Below are positions 57,745 to 64,000 of a stretch of DNA of 64,000 bases, piece by piece. Positions within the stretch are counted from its first letter, which is position 1; every line of letters begins with the position of its first letter. Where the stretch lies: NCBI RefSeq assembly GCF_009914755.1, contig NC_060925.1; one strand, written 5' to 3'. Under the pieces are notes generated by a model. The model worked only from the letters and a program-made list of their open reading frames with translations, was not told where the DNA came from and did no database searches. The position numbers and the translations under genes were made by a program. Origin of the DNA: the human T2T-CHM13v2.0 reference genome, Homo sapiens.

Positions 57745-59540
57745 ATCATCAAATAGACCATGATCTCCCCTGTCTCAGAGCTGTGGTGTGAGGTGTTCCA
57801 CTGCCTGGAATGGTCTTTACTCCAAGTTCTTCATGTGAATTCATGTGATTCTTCTTGCTGTTAAGGCCTCAGCTTAAATATCATGTCCACAAACAGTTCT
57901 CCCCTGGTCACCCTACAACAGTAGTAATTTCTACCCCTTTCTCTCCATTCCACTATCTCTTTTATTTTCTTCATAGTACTTCTTACTAAAAGTTTCTTGT
58001 CTACTTATTAATTTTCTGTCTCTCTCTGATCAGCAGATAGTAAGAACAAAGAGGTGCAAGTTTTATGATAGGTATGAACAAAAAATTCTCTTGTTCTAGT
58101 GAACAAGATATTCTAATAGGGATGGCCTCCAAGAAGGAGGAAGAACATAAGTGTTGATTATTATCATATAATTATAACTAAGGGAGGCAGGAGGGCTACT
58201 ATCTATGGAAAGAAGGAAAGACTTTATTCTATCTTGCAAGTGGGTGGTGATGGAGGGCACTATTTTTAAGACTTTAGGGCAGGCATATAGCAGGAAGGAA
58301 GCCATCAACTGTCTGCCCTTAGTGATAGTTACCCTGACAGCGGCTGCTATGGATACGTTTCCTGAATACTAAACCGGGTTCATACAGGGCTTCGGATCCC
58401 AAATTTGACAAGAGTCATACTCAGGCCCTGAACCATCAACCTGACACAACTCAAACAGTTCCCCAGGGCAAAACAGCACCTTTGGAACCTTAAATCAACA
58501 ACTGAGTGTTGAAACCAACAGCTGCACATACGCACACACACCTTGCTACAAGGTAGGAGGTGATTTTTACCAAACGGGGAGTTTTCACAAAGCCTTCTTC
58601 TCTGCTCCCCTATCCACCCCACTCACACTATTATTTTTGCAGCCTTTCACTGATAAATATGAGTTCAACCTTAAAACACCACATTTTCATCTTGAAACCA
58701 AGGTAGCTAACATAAAGGATAAAAGAAATAGAAAAAAAACTTCTTTTATAATGAAGCTAAGTCAGTTGCTTACTGGTGATGCTTTCAGCCACAAAGAAAG
58801 GTTTAAATACTCTTCAGGGTAAATTACTATTGTTACTCAAAAAGTAAGAGGGAGAGAGCCAATGATTACATTAGCTTCCATTCATTGAAAGCCTTCTATG
58901 TACCAAGTGTTTTAAATGTATCATCTCTAAGACTTACAAATCACTGCAAAATAAGTGTTAGTATTCTCATTGTACAGATAAAGGAAGAAAACCTCAGAGA
59001 GGCTAATAAACTTACTCATACTTAATAGCCAGGAAGTTGCAGAGCCAAGATTTGAACCCAGGTATGCCTGGCCCCAAGGCACCCACATATTCTCTACTAT
59101 GTCTCTATTCCAAAATCTCTAAGGGTCAAGGTCTTAGACTCACAGGTTCTATGTGCCTACAAAACCCAGAAGCAGCAGACAAATTAAATAATGCAGCAGT
59201 TTAAATAAGCATCTCCTTTGTCTGAGCAAGGCATTTCACAGCTCTTTTCCATCCCCTATTCACAGTCAAGCTTCTCCCCACCTGATAAGTACTTTACTAA
59301 AAATAACTGGAAGACAGGCTAAAATGAAAAAAGGAGCATAGATAAAATGTGGCAACTTGCCCCAAAGGATTTCTTCTTGGACTCACACTCTCCAAGGCAG
59401 TGAATTTGCATTTAGGTAAAATACGAAGACTGGGAAGTCTAAAAAAAAAAAAAAAGTGGGAGCAGGTTGGGAGGCTCACTTTCCTGTACCAAACATACTC
59501 AAGGTAGGTTCCACTAAGTTTTAATAAGACCATAGTTTTT

Positions 59541-60352
59541 TGGTTTTTTTTTTATACTTTAAGTTCTAGGGTACATGTGCACAATGTGCAGGTTTGTTAC
59601 ATATGTATACATGTGCCATGTTGGTGTACTGCACCCATTAACTCATCATTTACATTAGGTATATCTCCTAATGCTTTCCCTCCCCCCACCGTCCCCTCAC
59701 CCCACGACAAGCCCTGGTGTGTGATGTTCCCCTTCCTGTGTCCAAGAGTTCTCATTGTTCAATTCCCACCTATGAGTGAGAACATGCGGTATTTGGTTTT
59801 TTGTCCTTGCGATAGTTTGCTGAGAATGGTGGTATCCAGCTTCATCCATGTCCCTACAAAGGACATGAACCCATCATTTTTTATGGCTGCATAGTATTCC
59901 ATGATGTATATGTACCACATTTTCTTAATCCGGTCTATCATTGATGGACATTTGGGTTGGTTCCAAGTCTTTGGTATTGTGAATAGTGCCGCAATAAACA
60001 TATGTGTGCATGTGTCTTTATAGCAGCATGATTTATAATCCTTTGGGTATATGCCCAGTAATGGGATGGCTGGGTCAAATGGTATTTCTAGTTCTAGATC
60101 CTTGAGGAATTGCCACACTGTCTTCCATAATGGTTGAACTAGTTTACAGTCCCACCAACAGTGTAAAAGTGTTCCTATTTCTCCACATCCTCTCCAGCAT
60201 CTGTTGTTTCCTGACTTTTTAATGATTGCCATTCTAACTGGTGTGAGATGGTATCTCATTGTGGTTTTGATTTGCATTTCTCTGATGGCCAGTGATGAGA
60301 GCATTTTTTCATGTGTCTGTTGGCTGCATAAATGTCTTCTTTTGAGAAGTGG
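59541..60352 (-). mobile_element. L1PA4/5-like, 5'-truncated (~810 bp)
   Basis: ORF2 C-terminus plus 3'UTR; perfect 17-bp TSD ATAAGACCATAGTTTTT at 59524-59540 and 60353-60369. Confidence 0.95.
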
Positions 60353-60509
60353 ATAAGACCATAGTTTTTGTTAAGTATTCTTCTCTAAGTCAACCAAAAA
60401 GTACCAAATATCTTGAAAATTTGTAAACAAGAAAATGAAATTGCATAGAAGGCTATCTTAACAGTGGCTGCCCTGTGTCTGCATACCCTGGCCAGAACGC
60501 TGCCTTACA

Positions 60510-60900
60510 GGCTCATTCATTCTTTTGTGCATTCATTCAGCAAACGGTTCCTGAATGCATACTATGTGCAATGTACCTGCTAGATACTGAAGATAAAGAA
60601 GGAAATAATTTGCAGCCCCTTTCCCTGGAGAGTTAATTCCAGTAAGGAAGAAAGACAAGTAAATACACATTTTGATATAGCTGGATAAGTGGTAAAAGTC
60701 TATCCATTGGAAGAACGGTTGAAGCAAAGAAGAAAACAACCAACTCTGTGGGGAAGGAACTTCTTGAGCCAGGTTCTGAAGAACAAGTAGGTCTTTATCA
60801 GAGATTTAAGTAACAGAAGAATATCCCAGGCAGAGAGAACAAGATACGAAAAAGCACAGAAATCAGGAACAAGGTTGATTCCAGGGTGAAAATGAGTAAA
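60510..60900 (-). mobile_element. L2
   Basis: CATTCATTCAGCAAAC...TACTATGTGC...GCCCCTTTCCTGGAGAG. Confidence 0.6.
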
Positions 60901-63300
60901 AATATTAAAGGGTCTTGAGGTGGGGTGGCGAAAGAAGATCAGATACATCAGGCAAATATATGGTAAAATTAGTATTTTTTCGACTCACTTCCATGTTACT
61001 CAGTGATGTCCTGAAGAGGATACACACGGAAAGGGAAATTCTCATAAGCTCACACAGGGACATACTATACCCCCCATTCTACAAGCTGGAATTTCATTAT
61101 CCCTGGATGCTTGTCCATGTATATGAAGGGCTGATTCTTGGGCAAGTATTTGCCTAATAAGATCCCTACTCCACTCTACCACTGCCTTATCAGAGAGAAG
61201 GTAAAGAGAAATGCCACAGTGAATCTGTATCCCAAAACAAAGCCATCGGAAGCAGTAAAGGAAGGGGTAAAGGGAAGTTTGAAGAATGACATTGCCCATT
61301 GGCACATCAGGCACAAGCCTTCCTCCTGGGCAGCTCCTCACCCTTCAAAGTACTACCTGTGCACCTTAGGAACATGCATGCAAATCTCTGCCTCTCAGTC
61401 TTCTCTGCAAAATGGGGAGAATGATGCCTGTCACACAAGGTTATCATTAGGATTACACGAGCTCTATCATGCTAATCCCTATTGCAACATCAGACATATA
61501 CTATTTCCTTACTACACATTTAGTGCCAGTTTTCTTATCCTTAATTAAAGAGCCATTCACAGCAATGACCATGAAAGAAAATATTACCAGTTTTTTCTAT
61601 TATTCTCAACCAATCATTCACAACATACGAGTAGTAAGTTCCAGTTTTAAAAGCACTTCAACATCTATTAGCCAATATAGTTATCTCAGTAACCTTCTGA
61701 GTTAGATAGAAAGAGTTATGTACAGGTGACGAAACAAGTGGCCGGTCCAAATCACACAGTTATTAAATGACAGAGAATGAACTTGAAACTTTATCCTTTG
61801 TCTTCAAAGCTCCAAATCTGGACCACATGACATTGCTTCTGAGTACTCTTCTAGAAAGAAAACAAAAAAATTGGCAGCCACTAGCAACCAAGCTCATCTT
61901 ACTAAGTGCAATATTAGTGACAATTTCTTATAAAATGTGTGAAACTTCTTTTATGGCATGGCAAGTATCTTTGTCAAACCCTACCTGTCCATCTAGAGAT
62001 TCGAAAGACAGAGACCATGTCTCATTCATGCCTTTACCCCCGAGTGCCTGATAATATTTCTGTCATACAGGACAACTTTAGCGTGTTTGCTGAATGACTG
62101 GATGGATTTTATAGGCACTTACTGATTTACAAAGTACTTCCACATCTTTCATCTTATTTGATTTTCCAAAAAGCCCTGGAACACAAAGGAAAGCTGATAT
62201 CATTATCCACATTGCACAGATCATGATGAGCAGGTCATACCCAGGCTGCTGTTGTTTTCTTTCTTTTAAGAATTATAATGGATTCTTACTCCCTCCTGAA
62301 ATAGATCCCAGCTGAATTCTACAAACTGCTGTTGGCCCTGCCACACAAGTCTGCTTGAAAGCTAATATAGACACTGTTTTATTATTGTCTTTCATATCTT
62401 ATGAAATACATCAAAATGTGAAAAACTCTGTGATAATTAGACCAAAAAAAGCTGAAGCTGAACCATTCAACCTAGAGCTGTAATGTGGGGTGATTGTTAC
62501 ATTTCTATTCTTTCCTTTTCTCACCTCCTTTTGGTCTCCATTGTCTATAGGATGGAGTATTCATCTTCCTCCACAAAAAGAATCTGCTTCTTACAGAATA
62601 GAGTTGCCAGGACTGTGGGAGCCTTGTTCTCTGTGTTAACCCGTCCTGTCATGTTTGACAGCACACAGCTTCTCCTGAATGGCCTCCACCCAGTTTCTCA
62701 TCTAGTGTGCTGAGGGCCTATCCCAAGAAGTGAAGCCTGGTAATAACACTCTCTTACACCAGGACTCCCCCCAAAACTACTGTACCTTGTGTTTATCCTT
62801 CTTCTTCAGGGTGTCCAAAATCTATATCCTATCTACCTTGGCAGCCTCATCTTTCAAATTTCCTATGTGCCCTGCCTTCTACCAGACTCAAATAGTCAGC
62901 GATTCCCTAAACAACTTATTTGTGTTTCCTCATGTTATCCCTGATCCATCACCAAGGATGAAGCCTTCATTTTAAAAAACGCTCCCTATCCTTCAAGGGC
63001 TTTCCTTTGAAACCTCCTTTGGTTACCTTCAGCAAGTCATTCAACACATATTCAGTAAGAAACTCCTTTGTACCCAAAAACCCCTATCTGGAGGAGCTTA
63101 ATATCTATTGAGCAAAAAAGACTCGTTAGAAAAACCCAACACAATGGCTGTCATGGTGTTGGGTCAGCCACTGAAGGGAGTACAGTAGAGTCCATCCCGA
63201 CCCTCACTGAGACTACAATCTAGGCAGAATGTGAGGAGCAGAAAAATGCACCACCAGATCACCAGGCTTGAAACAGACAGGAGTCCTGTGTCATGCAGTT

Positions 63301-63660
63301 CTTCATTCATTCATTCATTCATTCATTCATTCATTAGCAATGTGCTAGGAATACAGAAAGGAATGTGGTGTGGTTTCTGCTCTCAAGACTTTACAACCTG
63401 GCAGGAAAAACAGAGATATATATATACAGGGCTCTGCCACAGGTAAGAAGCACCTGTACCAAGTACCAGGAGACTAAAGGAGGGTGACTGGCTCTGCCTA
63501 GTAGAGTCCAGAATGCTCCAGAAAAGGGGAGTAATTGTCAGAGCTCTGAAAGAGAGTAGGAGTTTGCCAGGTAGAGAAGAAGAAAAGGGAATGGAAGGAG
63601 AGGAGAGAGAAGGAAAGCGTTGGTGGGGAAAAAGAACACTGTATCAGTCAGATGCCAGAG
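63301..63660 (-). mobile_element. L2 3' end with (TTCA)n tail
   Basis: (TTCA)n near 63302-63335 followed by TGTGCTAGG...CTGCTCTCAAG. Confidence 0.7.
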
Positions 63661-64000
63661 AAAATATCCCAGTTACTTTGGAATAGAGATTTCAATGGAC
63701 AAAAGTGTTAAGGTATAAAATTATTAGCTAAGTAACTGAGAGATTAAAAGGAATTCTAAGGCATCATGAAAGTAGCAATTGCAAGAAGCAGCTACTACCC
63801 CTATAAGGAAAGGACAAGGGAAGAAACCTAGAGACTTAGAGGAGAAAACCCATTGGCAGGTGGTGGTGTTAAAATCAGATCTCCAAAAAAGGGCACTACT
63901 CAGCCAAGGGCTGGTGTCTCAGCTCAGAAGAGGGCCTCAGGGCCGGCCCAGACCTCTGAGGATGTCAGCTGGTACTAATGTTACCTAACTGAGGTGTGAC

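Overview
This is human genomic DNA: it contains primate Alu, L1PA and THE1 elements, plus a human-specific L1HS-Ta copy. It is an intronic or intergenic, repeat-dense 64 kb window. I cannot support any cellular protein-coding exon, RNA gene or CRISPR array, and I cannot name the host locus. The only real protein-coding sequence comes from LINE-1. The main contents are: a full-length but inactivated L1PA2-like element (35298-41336, minus) with an intact 5'UTR and an open antisense ORF0; a young 5'-truncated L1HS-Ta (23797-24899, plus) with a 25-nt 3' transduction; a truncated L1PA5-like copy; an old L1MA with a twin-priming 5' inversion that hosts two tandem Alus; 10 Alus in total; many MaLR/ERVL solo LTRs, several of them nested; hAT and Tigger MITEs; dense MIR/L2 relics; microsatellites; and several repeat-free blocks that may be enhancers. 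I found no evidence of a new biological system. The best leads are retrotransposition-mechanism footprints, overlapping-palindrome scars and candidate regulatory motif clusters. Repeat subfamily names come from recalled consensus sequences, and boundaries of old elements are approximate.
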